This document shows, in pieces, positions 37,446 through 50,212 of a DNA stretch of 64,000 nt. The translations under genes and the position numbers were made by a program. The DNA is from Mobula hypostoma (Eukaryota). The DNA lies in the NCBI RefSeq assembly GCF_963921235.1, contig NC_086108.1, forward strand, positions 115,136,001 through 115,200,000, in the 5' to 3' direction. Position 1 is the stretch's first letter. Each line of letters begins with the position of its first letter. The notes beneath the pieces are model-generated. The model was not told the origin of the DNA. It saw only the letters and a list, made by a program, of their open reading frames with translations, and searched no databases.

Positions 37446-38109
37446 CCTCACCTACTTGGCACTACCCACCCATCATCTTACACACCTCCTCAGTCCACGA
37501 ATCACCTCAGAATCCTGTCTCAACACTCCCCTTCCTGCCTGAATACTGACCATTTCTCCTGCAAGTCCGATGCGGTGTTTGAGTCCGAGAACGAGAGGGT
37601 CGAACTTCAGGTTCCCTGGAGCAAATATAACCGACAGCCTGTCCTAGATGCTATGACCAAGAATGCCCACCAATGCCTCTACTTCCTCAGGAGTTTAATG
37701 AAATTAGGCATGTCCCCTTTGAAGAACATCTATTTATATCAACGCACCAGAGAAAGCATCCCATCACAACTGCTCTGCCCCTGAACGCAAGGAACTGCAG
37801 AGTTGTGGACATAGCTCAGCACATCACAGAAACCAGACTCCCCTCCAAAGTTCAAAATGATCAAAGTAATTTTATTATCAAGGTACATATATGTCACCAT
37901 ATACAACCCTGAGATTCATTTTCTTGTGGGCATTCACAAGAAACACAACAGAATCAATGAAAGGCCAACCCCAATAGGCTGGAGATAATGATACAGGTTA
38001 AACAACTTACTTAACAGATATCGCCATTCAAAACACACATAAATCAATGTGAAAATCACCAGAAATATGCTGAATTAAAAGAGGAAATTGAAAGGCTATG
38101 GAAGATGAA

Positions 38110-40325
38110 CAGAACCAGAAGCAGGTTTATTGTCACCGGCATGTGTCGTGAAATTTGTTAACTTAGCCGCAGTTCAATACAATACATAATAATATTGAAA
38201 AAAAAGTAAATCAGATTTAAAATAGTGCAAAAACAGAAATAATACGTATTTTTAAAACAGTGAGGTAGTGTTTATGGGTTCAATGTCCATTTAGGAATCG
38301 CATGGCAGAGGGGAATAAGCTGTTCCTGAATCGCTGAGCGAGTGCTTTCAGGCTTCTGTACCTCCTTCCTGATGGTAGCAATGAAAAAAGGGCATGCCTT
38401 GGATGATGGGGGGTCTTTTCTGAGGCACAGCTCCTGAAGATGCCTTGGATACTGTGGACTCTAGTTTCCAAGATGGAGCTGACTGACTTTACAACTTTCT
38501 GTAGCTTCTTTTGGTTCTGTGCAGTAGACCCACCCCATACCAGACAGTGATGCATCTGTAGAATTTTTGGAGTGTCTTAGGTGACAAACCAAATCTCCTT
38601 CAGCTCCTAATGAAATATAGCCTTAGTCTTGCTTTCTTTATAGTTGCATCAATATCTTGTGACCAGGTTAGGTCCTTAGAGATCTTGACACTTGGGAACT
38701 TGAAATTGCTCACTCTCTCCACTTCTGATCCCTCCATGAGGATTTGTTCATGTTCCCTCATCTTACCCTTCCCAAAGTCCAGAATCAGCTCTTTCTGTCA
38801 TTGAGTGCAAGGTTGTTGCTGCAGCACGACTCCACTAACTGATGGATCTCACTCCTGTGCGTCCTCTCGTCTCCATCTCAAATTCTACCAACAGTGGTTG
38901 TATCATAGCAAATTTCTAGATGGTATTTGAGCTGAGCCTAGCCACACAGTCATGGGTATAGAGAGAGTAGAGCAGTGGGCAAAGCATACACCCGAGGTGC
39001 ACCAGTGTTGAGGAGGAGATGTTATCACCAATCCGCACAGATCGTGGTCGTCCGGTTAGGAAGTCGAGGATCCAATTGCAGAGGGAGGTACAGAGGCCCA
39101 GGTTCTGTAGCTTATTGATCAGGACTGTGAGAATGATGGTGTTTAATGCTGAGCTATAGTTGACAGACAGTATCCTGTTGTAGGTATTTGTTGTTCCAGG
39201 TGGTCTGAAGCCGTGTAGAGAGCCATTGAGATTGCATCTGCCGTTGACCTATTGTGGCTATAGGCAAATTGCAATGGGTCCAGGTCCTTGCTGAGGCAGG
39301 AGTTCAGTCTAGTCATGACCAACCTCTCAAAGCATTTCGTCACTGTCGATGTGAGTGCTACTGGGCGATAGTCATCAAAGCAGCTCACACTACTCTCCTT
39401 AGGCACTGGTATCATTGTTGCCTCTTTGAAGCAAGTGGTAACTTCCAACCATAGCAGTGAGAGGTTGAAAATGTTCATGAATCCTCCTGCCAGTTCATTG
39501 ACACAAGTACTCCATTGGGACCTTCTGCCTTGCGAGGGTTCACCCTCTTTAAAGACTGCCTAACATCGGCCTTTGAGACAGCGGTCACAGGGTTACCAGG
39601 TGTCACAAGCAAGGATTTGGCAGCGTAGCAGATATGGTAATTGCGCTCATAAATATGTCTGTGTCAGCTAATTATTATTTCATTGTGATGGCATTTAACT
39701 CCATTCTTCTTGTTGAGACTTGAGAGCAAAGCACAACAACGTTTCACTGCCTGCTTGTGTTCGGCCTTGTCTGAGAAATTGGACTGTCGTGTCAACTGAC
39801 TGAAGACCAGCAGTATTCATTTTATATTTAATTATTCCTTTCAGCTGTAGCATTAGCTTCGTTTTCCATTTGAGAGTTTTAGTTAACGGCCCTGTTTGGC
39901 CTAGTGTTTATTGTTTTCTTTTTCCCTCTAACCCTGTTAGCATTAAAATCTGTGAACTATCAACCCACTTCAGCATCTCTTGCTCTGCACTTGGGCCTTA
40001 TCTGAACGCAGTGACACAGGGTGCAACAGGGATCCTCACAGCTGTAGTTATATTCTCCCTTTCAAAGTGAGCAGGACAAGTGTTGAGCTCATCTGGTAGT
40101 GAAGCATCACTGCCATTCATGATGTTGGGTTTCGCTTTGTAGGAAGTAAAGTCCTGCAATCAGAGTTGTTGTACATCCGATGTCACCTCCAACCTCGCGT
40201 GGAATTGTTTCTTCTATCTTGAAATGGTCCTTGCAATACATACCTGGTTTTCCTGTACAGACCTGGGTCACCAGACTTGACTGCAACCAGCAGATGACGT
40301 ACCTCCTGGTTCAACCACGGTTTAC
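38110..40325 (-). mobile_element. Decayed Rex1/Babar-type LINE, interrupted by a solo LTR
   Basis: CFKEATMIPVPK...DYRPVALTSTVTKCFERLV...LQFAY, and HALFSLLPSGRRYRSLKA. Confidence 0.9.
39601..40016 (+). mobile_element. Solo LTR (416 bp)
   Basis: Termini TGTCAC...GTGACA, 4-bp target duplication CAGG (39597-39600 and 40017-40020), ATTAAA near 39942. The host LINE resumes on both sides. Confidence 0.8.
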
Positions 40326-40995
40326 ATTGTCCCAGTACTAATATCTAAAACTGGTGTCATCCCAATGTCACTACACAATAGCATTAAACAATTAGGTCTA
40401 CACAGAAATTTTTATGTAAATCTCTAGAATGTCACAATACTAAACATCACAAGAATAGTCTGATAGTTCCTAGAAATTGAGAAATAAGTGTGCTTGGCTA
40501 TGTTTGAGCAGAGAACAAAATAAAAATAATAAAAATCGATAAATATCGAGAATGTAAGATGAAGAATCCTTGAAGTGAGTCCAGTTGGGAGGAAACAGTT
40601 CAGTGATGGGGCGAGTGAAGTTTTCCCCTCTGGCTCAAGAGCCTGATGGTTGAAGGGTAATAACTGTTCCTGAATTTGATGGTGTGAGTGCTGAGGCTCC
40701 TGTACCTCTGTCCTGGCAGCAGGAGTGGAAGAACAGAGTCCTCCATAGACTCTGTCTATATTTCTCACTGCCTCAGTAAAGCACTCTTATCATCTTCTCC
40801 TGCCTCTCATCAAGCAGAAATACAAGACCTGAAGGCACATACCAACGGGCTGAAGGACAGCCTGTAGCCGACTGTTATAAGCTATTGAACAGTTGTATGT
40901 ACGATAATATGAACTGTTGATCTCACAGTCTATCTTGCATTGATATTGTCTCGCTGCATTGCAGATTCTCACTTTATTCTACATTGTTCTACCTC

Positions 40996-41355
40996 TAGAT
41001 GGTTGCTATACACGAATGCTCCGGATGGCTCTTGATGTGAGCTGGCAACAGCACATGACGAACGTCGAGCTCTATAACAACCTACCGATGCTCACCACTA
41101 AAATTGAGGCGAGAGGACTGCAACTAGTGGGACACCGTCTACACCACCCCGAGCTACCTGCCAGCCTATTCATCATATGGGAGCCGAAGCACGGGAGGAT
41201 GAACCCTGGGCGCCCTCCCAAGACTATGGTCAACGCGCTTCCCGAAGACAGCGGCGCGGCTGATGAACACACTGATGAGGGAGAGGGAGAAGTGGAGAGT
41301 CCGTCATTGTGCCCGACGCCGGCCCCCTAGGCCTGAGTCGACGTAGTATTAGTAG
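40996..41355 (+). mobile_element. 5'-truncated RTE-clade LINE with TSD, inserted in a Rex1-type 3' UTR (~40780-41450)
   Basis: LDGCYTRMLRMALDVSWQQHMTNVELY...LQLVGH...WEPKHG...GRPPKT; (TAG)n-like tail; TSD TCTACCTC at 40988-40995 and 41356-41363. Confidence 0.85.
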
Positions 41356-41651
41356 TCTACCTCAATGCACTGTGTAATGATCTCATCTGTATGAACAGGA
41401 CGCAAGACAAGCTTTTCATTGGATCTCAGTACATGTGACAATAATAAACCAACTCCATTGATTTGTTTGCTGCTCAGCCCACTGAGTTTATCCAGGATAT
41501 TGTTACTTCAGGTTCCAGCGTCTGGTCTCTAAAGCTGTGCAGGGTCAATGGTGGGTACACTTGCTGCTGTAGCTTGCTCCCAGTTTGTAGATGAGTGAGG
41601 GTGGGGAAGCAGTTGATTGGAAGGTGGAGAGAAGGGACCAGAATGTGGAGT

Positions 41652-42030
41652 AACAAACAGTCTGCTGAAGAAACTCAGAGGGTCAGGCAGCATCTTCTGT
41701 TCGGTGAAGACCCTTCATCTGGAGCGAAAGAGTAGAGGGGAGATAGTCGGGGGAAGGGATGGACCAAGAGCTGAGAGACGATGGGTGGACCCAAGTGAGG
41801 GAGGGGTGATATGCAGATAGAGGAGTGGGAACAGTGAGGAGGTGGAGGAATGTGTGGGTGGGGGAGGGCTAAGAAACAGGGTGATGAGGCTAGGAAGAAT
41901 CGGGAAGATCAGGATCGAAGAGGTGTGACAGAGGGGAAGCAGATTACCTGAGAATGGAGAATTCAGTATTTGTACCATGGGGATACAGACTACCTCGGCG
42001 GAATATACAGAAATGGGATTGCACATTGAG
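41652..42030 (-). mobile_element. Old Penelope-like element 3' relic
   Basis: Co-linear with 45274-45730 (GGTCAGGCAGCATC...AGACCCTTCATC, purine-rich tract, CGGAATATA). Confidence 0.55.
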
Positions 42031-42049
42031 TCAGCATAGATGCGATGGG

Positions 42050-42400
42050 CCAAATGGTCTCAAACGCAGTACACCGCGAGGCCGACACCACTCCGGTCCT
42101 CCCCGCCCTGCTTCCGGTCATCCCGACTCCGCCCGCGCTCCGGAGGCGGTTGGCATCTGTGGGCGGGACCATGGCCTCGCGCTCGAAGATGGTATGAAAC
42201 CGGAGCAGGCGACGGGGCGCCGCGCATGCGCTGATTCCGAGCGTTGGTGGTTTCCGTAGCAACGGGCGTCGCCTGGACTGCTCGAGGTCCCAGCTGCCGC
42301 GGAGTGCCGCATGTCCGCGCTGGACCGGTAGGTCTCCGGTCTCCGGGCCCAGGGAGTGCGGCCCGCGGCCTCTCCTGGCTGTGAGGTGTAATTGTGGGCG
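42050..42400 (+). promoter_or_regulatory. CpG-island promoter and first exon of an unidentified + strand gene
   Basis: Non-repetitive CpG-rich DNA with GC boxes, ETS CTTCCGGT (~42111), NRF1 GCGCATGCGC (42222-42231) and X-box GTTTCCGTAGCAAC (42250-42263). ATG at 42311; donor CCG|GTAGGT at 42328. Confidence 0.75.
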
Positions 42401-42954
42401 GCTGTTTTGTAGGTTATATGTCACACGCTGGATGGGGTCATGTTTGGGATGGCGGGGGGGGGGGTCACAGTGCACGTGGTGTCGCGTTTGGAAGGGCACT
42501 GTTGATGTTGTCAGAGAAGAGACAGAACATTATAGTTCAGAAACGGGCTCGTTGGCTCATCGAGTCAGTGCTGAACCCGTAATCCACCTAGGCCCATCAA
42601 GCCGCACCCAGAACATAGCCTTCCCTGCCCCTCCCATCCGTGTACCATCCAAATTTCTCTGGTATGTTTAAATAGAACATCAAACTGATACTTTGGCAGC
42701 AGCTTCTCCATAGGTGCACCACCCTCTGATTGAACTGGTGGAATGTCTAGAATGCCAACCAGGTGGCTTTTGAGAGTAGCTTGTGCCTGAGCACACCAGG
42801 GGTCTAGCTATTCTGCATAGTGTGCTCTGCAATGAACCAGAATTGATTAGTGAGCTTAAGATAAAAGAACCCTTAGAGGCAAATGATCATGATATGATTG
42901 AATTTGCCCTGCAATTTGAGAAGGGGAAGCTAAAGTCAGATATGTCAGTGTTAC

Positions 42955-43620
42955 AGCATTCTTCAGCCAGAGAGTGGTGAAACTGTGGAATTCCTTCCCA
43001 CAAACAGCTGTGGAGGCCAAGTCTTTATGTATATTTAAGGCAGAGATTGACAGATTCTTGTTTGGTCAAAGCATGAAGGGAAACAGGGAGGAGGCAAGGG
43101 ATTGGGGCTAAGAAGATATTTGGATGCAATAAGTATGCAATATGATCAGAGATTAAGGGAGCTAGGGCTTTACTCTTTGGAGAGAAGGAGGATGAGAGGA
43201 GACATGATAGAGGTGTACAAGATAATAAGAGGAATAGATAGCCAGCGCCTCTTCCCCAGGGCACCACTGCTCAATACAAGAGGACATGGCTTTAAGGTAA
43301 GGGGTGGGAAGTTCAAGGGGGATATTAGAGGAAGGTTTTTTACTCAGAGAGTGGTTGTTGCGTGGAATGCACTGCCTGAGTCAGTGGTGGAGGCAGATAC
43401 ACTAGTGAAGTTTAAGAAACTACTAGACAGGTATATAGAGGAATCTAAAGTGGGGGCTTATATGCGAGGCAGGGTTTGAGGGTCGGCACAACATTGTGGG
43501 CCGAAGGGCCTGTACTGTGCTGTACTATTCTATGTTCTATGTGCTATGGATCAGCCATGATGAAATGGCAGAGCAGTCTCAGTAGACGAAATGGCCTAAA
43601 TCTGCTCCTTTGTCTCATGG
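42955..43620 (+). mobile_element. Young CR1 3' fragment (~43135-43545) nested in an older CR1 3' end
   Basis: The inner copy is near-identical to the reverse complement of 29850-30265. Confidence 0.88.
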
Positions 43621-45190
43621 TATGACAGTGGAATAAAGGGAATTACAGAGACCTGAGAGAGGAGTTGGCCAGAAGACCACTGGCAGGGTTGACAGCAGTT
43701 CAGCAATGGCGGGAATTTCTGAAAGCAATTCAGAAGGCACAGGATATGTGTATCCCAAAGAGAAAAAGTATTCTAAAGGAAAGATGACACAACCATGGCT
43801 AACAAGAGAAGTCAAGCCCAACATAAAAGCCAAAGAGAGGGCATATAATAGAGCAAAAATCAGTGGGAAGTTATAGGATTGGGAAACTGGCCATTGGGAA
43901 GGGAACTGAAAAGTTGTTAGGTGGTAAAGATGGAATACAAAAGCAAGCTGGCCGATAATATTAAAGAGGATACCAAAAGTTTCTTCAGGTATATAAAGAG
44001 TAAAAGAGGTGAGGGTGGATATTGGACCATTAGAACATGATCCCGGAGAGCTAGTAAAAGGGGACAAGGAAATGGCAAAGAAACTGAATAAATAGTTTGC
44101 ATCAGTCTTCACTGTGGTAGACACTCGCAGTATGGTGGAAGTTCCAGGTGTCAGAGGTCATGAAGTGTGTACTACCAGTACTAGGGAGGAGGTTATTGGG
44201 AAACTAAAAAGTCTGAAGGTAGATAAGTCACCAGGACCAGATGCATACACCTCAGAGTTCTGAAAGAGGTGGCTGAAGAGATTGAGGTGGCATTTGTAAT
44301 GATCTTTCTAGAATCATTTGGTTTTGGAATGGTTCTGGAAGACTGAAAAAGTGCAAATGTCACTCCACTCTTCAAGAAGGGAGAGAGGCAGATTAAAGGA
44401 AATTTTAGCCCAGTTAGTCTGACTTCACTGGTTCTGAAGATGCTCAAATTGATGTGGTTTCAGGGTACTTAGAGGCACATGATAAAATAGGACATAGTCA
44501 GTATGGTTTCCTCAAGGGAAAATCTTGCCTAATAAATCTGTTGGAAATCTTTGAAGAAATAACAAGCAGGATAGACAAAGGAGAATCAGCTGGATTTTCA
44601 GAAGGCCTTTTGACAAGGTGCCACATGTGAGGCTGCTTAACAAATTAAGAGGCCATGGTAATCCAGGCAAGAGACTAGCATGGATAAAGCAGTGGCTGAT
44701 TGGCGGGAGGCAAAGAGTGGGAATAAAAGGAGCCTTTCCTGGTTGGCTGCTGGTGACTAGTGGCATTCCACAGGGGTCTGTGTTGGAACCACTTCTTTTC
44801 GTGTTATATGTCAATGACTTGGATGATGGAATTGATGGCTTTGTTACGAAGTTTGAGGATGATACAAAGATAGGTGGAGGGGCAGGTAGTTTTGAGGAAG
44901 TAGAGAGGCGACAGAAGGACTTGGACAGAATAGGAGAATGGGCAAAGAAGTGGCAGATGGGATACATTGTTGAAAAATGTATGGTCTTGCGCTTCGGTAG
45001 AAGAAATAAAAGGGTAGACTATTTTCTAAATGGAGAGACAATTGAAAAATTTGAGGTGCAAAGGGACTTGGGAGTTCTCGTGCAGGATTCCCTAAAAATT
45101 AATTTTCAGTTTGTGGTGAGGAAGGCAAACATGACGTTAGCCATCATTTCAAGAAGACTAGAATATAAAAGCAAGGATGTAATGTCGAGG
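43621..45190 (+). mobile_element. Decayed CR1 ORF2 segment
   Basis: SGIPQGSVLEPLLFVLYVNDLDDG...KFEDDTK. Confidence 0.9.
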
Positions 45191-45273
45191 CCAGGTCTTT
45201 ATGTATATTTAAGGCAGCAGTTCAATGCAGTACATAATCTAGCAGAGAGAGAGAAAAAAATAGTAATAAATAA

Positions 45274-45908
45274 CAACACACATAAAAGTTGCTGGTGAAC
45301 GCAGCAGGCCAGGCAGCATCTCTAGGAAGAGGTACAGTCGACGTTTCAGGTGAGACCCTTCGTCAGGACTAACTGAAGGAAGAGTTAGTAAGAGATTTGA
45401 AAGTGGGAGGGGGAGGGGGAGATCCGAAATGATAGGAGAAGACAGGAGGCGGAGGGATGGAGCCAAGAGCTGGACAGGTGATTGGCAAAGGGGATATGAG
45501 AGGATCATGGGACAGGAGGTCCGGGGAGAAAGACAAGGGGGAGGGGGGAAACCCAGAGGATGGGCAAGGGGTATAGAGGGACAGAGGGAGAAAAAGGAGA
45601 GTGAGAGAAGAATGTGTGTATAAAAATAAATAATGGATGGGGTACGAAGGGGAGGTGGGGCATTAGCGGAAGTTAGAGAAGTCGATGTTCATGCCATCAG
45701 GTTGGAGGCTACCCAGACGGAATATAAGGTGTTGTTCCTCCAACCTGAGTGTGGCTTCATCTTTACAGTAGAGGAGGCCGTGGATAGACATGTCAGAATG
45801 GGAATGGGATGTGGAATTAAAATGTGTGGCCACTGGGAGATCCTGCTTTCTCTGGCGGACAGAGCGTAGGTGTTCAGCAAAGCGGTCTCCCAGTCTGCGT
45901 TGGGTCTC
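45274..45908 (-). mobile_element. 5'-truncated Penelope-like element: GIY-YIG endonuclease C-terminal half and 3' region
   Basis: Open frame 45908-45663 reads ETQRRLGDRFAEHLRSVRQRKQDLPVATHFNSTSHSHSDMSIHGLLYCKDEATLRLEEQHLIFRLGSLQPDGMNIDFSNFR*. Flanked by AATAAATAA at 45265-45273 and 45909-45917. Confidence 0.88.
45336..45370 (-). ncRNA. Minimal type I hammerhead ribozyme motif
   Basis: Minus strand AGTC-CTGACGA-AGG-GTCTCA-CCT-GAAA-C-GTC-GACT: stem I AGUC/GACU, CUGANGA core, stem II AGG/CCU, GAAA and a GUC cleavage triplet. Confidence 0.75.
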
Positions 45909-46124
45909 AATAAATAAACTGTGACCTCTTTAGTGCAAGGGGTTTAGATTGGGCAGATTTTGTATGAGTTTCCAGGAAGGTTTCTTAAATCAATATGTGG
46001 ACAGTCCAAAGAGAGGAGGGGTCGTACTGGACCTGGTGGGGGGTATTAGCCTGGTCAGGTGACTGACTTTTCAGTAGGTTAACAGTAAGGGAACAGTGAC
46101 CACAACTCCTTAACTTTCAGGATA

Positions 46125-46205
46125 CAGTGCCTATAAAAAGTATTCACCCCCTTGGAAGTTTTACAACATTGAATTACTGTGGACTTAATTTGGTTCTTTT
46201 GATGC
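46125..46205 (+). mobile_element. Tc1-like terminal fragment
   Basis: TA followed by CAGTGCCTATAAAAAGTATTCACCCCCTTG, a typical Tc1 TIR start. Confidence 0.65.
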
Positions 46206-47160
46206 TGGATGTCTGTAATTAGCGGAGTTTATCAGGGATCTGTGCTGGGACCTCTGCTGTTCGAGATGTAAAGTATGTATGGCCTGGAAGAATACGTAGG
46301 TGGATGAGTTAGTAAGTTTGCAGATGATACCAAAGTTGGTGGGATTATGGATAAAAAGACTGGCAAAGAATACAGCATGGAGGTAATGGCTGAGAAATGG
46401 CAGATGGAGTTTAATCCAGATAAATGTGAGCTGTTGCATCTCAGCAGGGCAGATGCAAGGAGACAGTGCACTGTTAAAGGCAAGATCCCTAACAGTGTTG
46501 CTGAGCAGAGAGATCTTGGGATCCAGGTTCATAGCTCCTTGAAAGTGGCTACACAGGGTTAAGGCAGCTTATGGAATGCTCGTTTTTACTAGTCAAGGCA
46601 TTGGGTTCGAAGTCACGAGGTTATGTTACAACTTTATAAAACTCTGGTTAAGGAGTCATACGGGTATTGTGTACATTTCTGGTTGCTCCCCTATAGGAAG
46701 GATGCCAAGGCTTCGGAGAGGGTGCAGAAGGGATTCACCAGGATGCTGCCTGGTTTAGAGGGTATGTGCTATCACGAGAGGCTGGATAAACTTGGGTTGA
46801 TAGATGTTTACAAGATTAAGAGAGGTAGCGATAGACTGGAGAGAGTGTATCTGTTTCCCATGGTTGAGATGTCTAATACCAGAGGGCTTGCATTGATGGT
46901 GAGAGGAGGTAGGTTCAAGGAGGATATGAGGAGTAAGTTTTTTACTCAGAGTTGTGGATGCCTGGAATACACCGTCTGGAATCGTGGTAGAGGCAAATAC
47001 ATTAGAGGCTTTTAAGAGGCATTTGGCTAGGTAGATGGATGTGAGGAAGATGCAGGGATATGGATGTGGTGTAGGTAGGAGGGATTAGTGTTTGGGTGTT
47101 TATTGATTTGCTTTTTCACTGGTTCTGTGCAACATTGTAGTCCTGTGCTGTTCTGTTCTC
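46206..47160 (+). mobile_element. Decayed CR1 RT/3' fragment
   Basis: KFADDTK, WQMEFNPDKC and ERVQKGFTRMLPGL. Confidence 0.88.
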
Positions 47161-47349
47161 GTGCCACTGTGGGTGGGGTCATATGTGGTGCTGCTCTGTG
47201 GGTTCTATGGATGGGTTATGTCAGAGCTGGATTGTGTGTGCAGTCACAATGAGGATGGGCTCACATCTTGTGTGGGATTGTTCTGGGGTGAGGTTACTGT
47301 GTGGCTTACACTGTGGATGGGGTTAAATTAGTGCTAGGATCACATTTGA

Positions 47350-50050
47350 GCGTGCTCTGTGGGTCTCGTCACTCTGGGTGTGGTCACGATCGGGAGTGGT
47401 CTGGGTCTTGCCACACTGGGTGTGGTCACGATCAGGGTCTCCCTGTGGGTCTTGTCACACTGTGGGTGGTCCACGATCTGGTGTGGTCTGGGTCTTATTA
47501 CACTGTGGGTGTGGTCACGATCAGTAGTGGTCTGGGTCTTGTCACACTGGGTGTGGTCACAATCAGGATCACTCTGTGGATCTTGTCACACTGTGGGTGG
47601 GGTCACGATCAGGGTCGCTCTGTGGGTCTTGTCACACTGGGTGTGGTTACGATCAGGAGTGTTCTGGGTCTTGTCACACTGGGTGGGGTCACGATCGGGA
47701 GTGCTTTGTGAGTCTTGTCACACTGGGTGTGGTCATGATCGGGAGTGCTCTGTTGGTCTTGTCACACTGTGGGTGTGGTCATGATCGGGAGTGGTCTGGG
47801 TCTTGTCACACTGGGTGTGGTTTCGATCGGGAGTGGTCTGGGTCTTGTCTGACAGAGGGTGTGGTCACTATCAGGTGTGGTCTGGGCTTTGTCACACTGG
47901 GTGTGATCACGATCAGGATCGCTCTGTGGGTCTTGTGATACTGTGGGTGTGGTCACGATTGGGATTACTCTGGGTCTTGTCACACTGGGTGTGGTCACGA
48001 TCAGGAGTGCTCTCTGGGTCTTGTCACACTGTGTGTGGTCACGCTCGGAGTTGCTCTGTGGATCTTGTCACACTGTGGGTGTGGTCACTATCGGGTGTGG
48101 TCTGGGCTTTGTCACACTCGGTGTGGTCACGATCAGGATTGCTGTGTGGGTCTTGTGATACTGTGGGTGTGGTCACGATTGGGATTGCTCTGGTCTTGTC
48201 ACACTGGGTATGGTCACGATCAGGAGTGCTTTGTGGGTCTTGTCACACTGGGTATGGTCACGATCAGGAGTCATCTGGGTTTTGGCACACTGTGTGTGGT
48301 CACGATCGGGAGTTGTCTGAGTCTTGTCACACTGGGTGTGGTCATGATCGGGAGTGGTCTGGGTCTCGTCACATTGTGGGTGTGGTCACGATCGGGAGTG
48401 GTCTGGGTCTTGTCACACTGGGTGTCGTTACGATCGGGAGTGGTCTGTGGGTTTTGTCACACTGGGTGTGGTCACGATCAGGAGTGGTCTGTGTGTCTTG
48501 TCGCACTGGGCCAGACCATGATCGGGAGTGGTCTGGGTTTTGGCACACTGGGTGGTGTCACAATCGGGAGTGGTCCGGGACTTGTCACACTGGGTGGGGC
48601 CACAATAGGGAGTGGTCTGAGTCTTGTCACACTGGGTGTGGTCACGATCAGGGTTGCTCTGTGGGTTTTGTCTTACTGTGGGTGTTACTGTGGGTGTGGT
48701 CACGATCGGGAGTGGTCTGGGTCTTGTCACACTGTGGGTGGGGTCAGGAATGGGAGTGGTCCGGTCTTTTGACCCTGTGGGTGTGGTCACGATCGGGAGT
48801 GCTCTGTGGGTCTTGTCACACTGGGTGTGGTCATGATTGGGAGTGGTCTGGGACTTGTCACACTGTGGGTGTGGTCACGATCGGGAGTGGTCTGGGTCTT
48901 GTCACACTGGGTGTCATTACGATCGGGAGTGGTCTATGGGTCTTGTCACATTGGGTGTGGTCACGATCGGGAGTGCTCTGTGGGTCTTGTCACACTGGGT
49001 GTAGTCATGATCGGGGGTGTTCTGTGGGTCTTGTCACACTGTGGGTGTGGTCATGATTGGGAGTGGTCTGGGACTTGTCACACTGTAGGTGTGGTCACGA
49101 TCAGGAGTGCTCTGTGGGTTTTGTCTTACTGTGAGTGTGGTCACGATCGGGAGTGGTCTGGGTCTTGTCACACTGGATGGGGTCACGAATGGGAGTGGTC
49201 TGGTCTTGTGACACTGTGGGTGGGATCACGATCGGGAGTGTTCTGTGGGTCTTGTCAAACTGGGAGGGGTCACAATCAGGAGTGCTCTGGGTGTTGTCAC
49301 ACTGGGTGTCGTCACTAACGGGAGTGGTCTGGGTCTTGTCAAACTGGGAGGGGTCACGATCAGGAGTGTTCTGGGTCTTGTCACACAGTAGGTGTGGTCA
49401 TGAACAGGGTCTCTCTTTGGGTCTTGTCACACTGTGGGTGTGGTCACGATCCGGGGTGTTCTGTGGGTCTTGTCACACTGTGGGTATGGTCACGATCTGG
49501 TGTGGTCTGGGTCTTATTACACTGGGTGTGGTCACGATCAGGGTCACTCTGTGGGTCTTGTCACATTGTGGGTGTGGTCACGATCGGGAGTGTTCTGGGT
49601 CTTGTCACACTGGGTGGGGTCACGATCGGGAGTAGTCTAGTCTTGTCACACTGGGTGGGGTCACGATCGGGAGTGCTCTGTGGGTCTTGTCACACTGGGT
49701 GTGGTCACGATCAGGAGTGGTCTGGTCTTGTCACACTGTGGGTGGGGCACGATCAGGATCGCTTTGTGGGTTTTGTCACACTGTGGGTGTGGTCACGATT
49801 GGGATTGCTCTGGGTCTTGTCACACTGGGTGTGGTCATGATCGGGGTTGCTCTGTGGGTCTTGTCACACTGGGTGTGGTCACGATCGGGGTTGCTCTGTG
49901 GGTCTTGTCACACTGGGTGTGGTCACGATCGGGGTTGCTCTGTGTGTCTTGTCAGAATGGGTGGGGTCACGATCGAGGTTGCTCTGTGGGTCTTATCACA
50001 CTGTGGGTGGGGTCATGTTTGGGGTTTGTTCCTGACTCTGTGTGGGTGTG
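47350..50050. repeat. 42-46 bp minisatellite GGGTCTTGTCACACT(GT)GGGTGTGGTCACGATCGGGAGTGGTCT, about 60 copies
   Basis: Tandem units are directly visible, with degenerate fringes at ~47165-47350 and ~50050-50180. Confidence 0.97.
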
Positions 50051-50212
50051 GTCATGTTCATGGCTGCTCTGAAGGTCTTGTCATACTGCGGGGGTGGGGG
50101 CAGGGGGTGGTTTGTGTTCGGAGTTGCTTTCTGGATGGCGTTATGTTAGGTGCTCTGTGGGTGGGCTTGGCTCTGGGAAGAGCCCGTGTGAGATGCTCTT
50201 TCTGTTGGGCAG

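Noticed and set aside
47350..50050. V(D)J recombination signal sequences (CACTGTG heptamer next to GGGTCTTGT/GGGTTTTGT)
   Set aside because: The nonamer-like motif is 2 bp from the heptamer rather than 12 or 23 bp, and no Ig/TCR segments are nearby.
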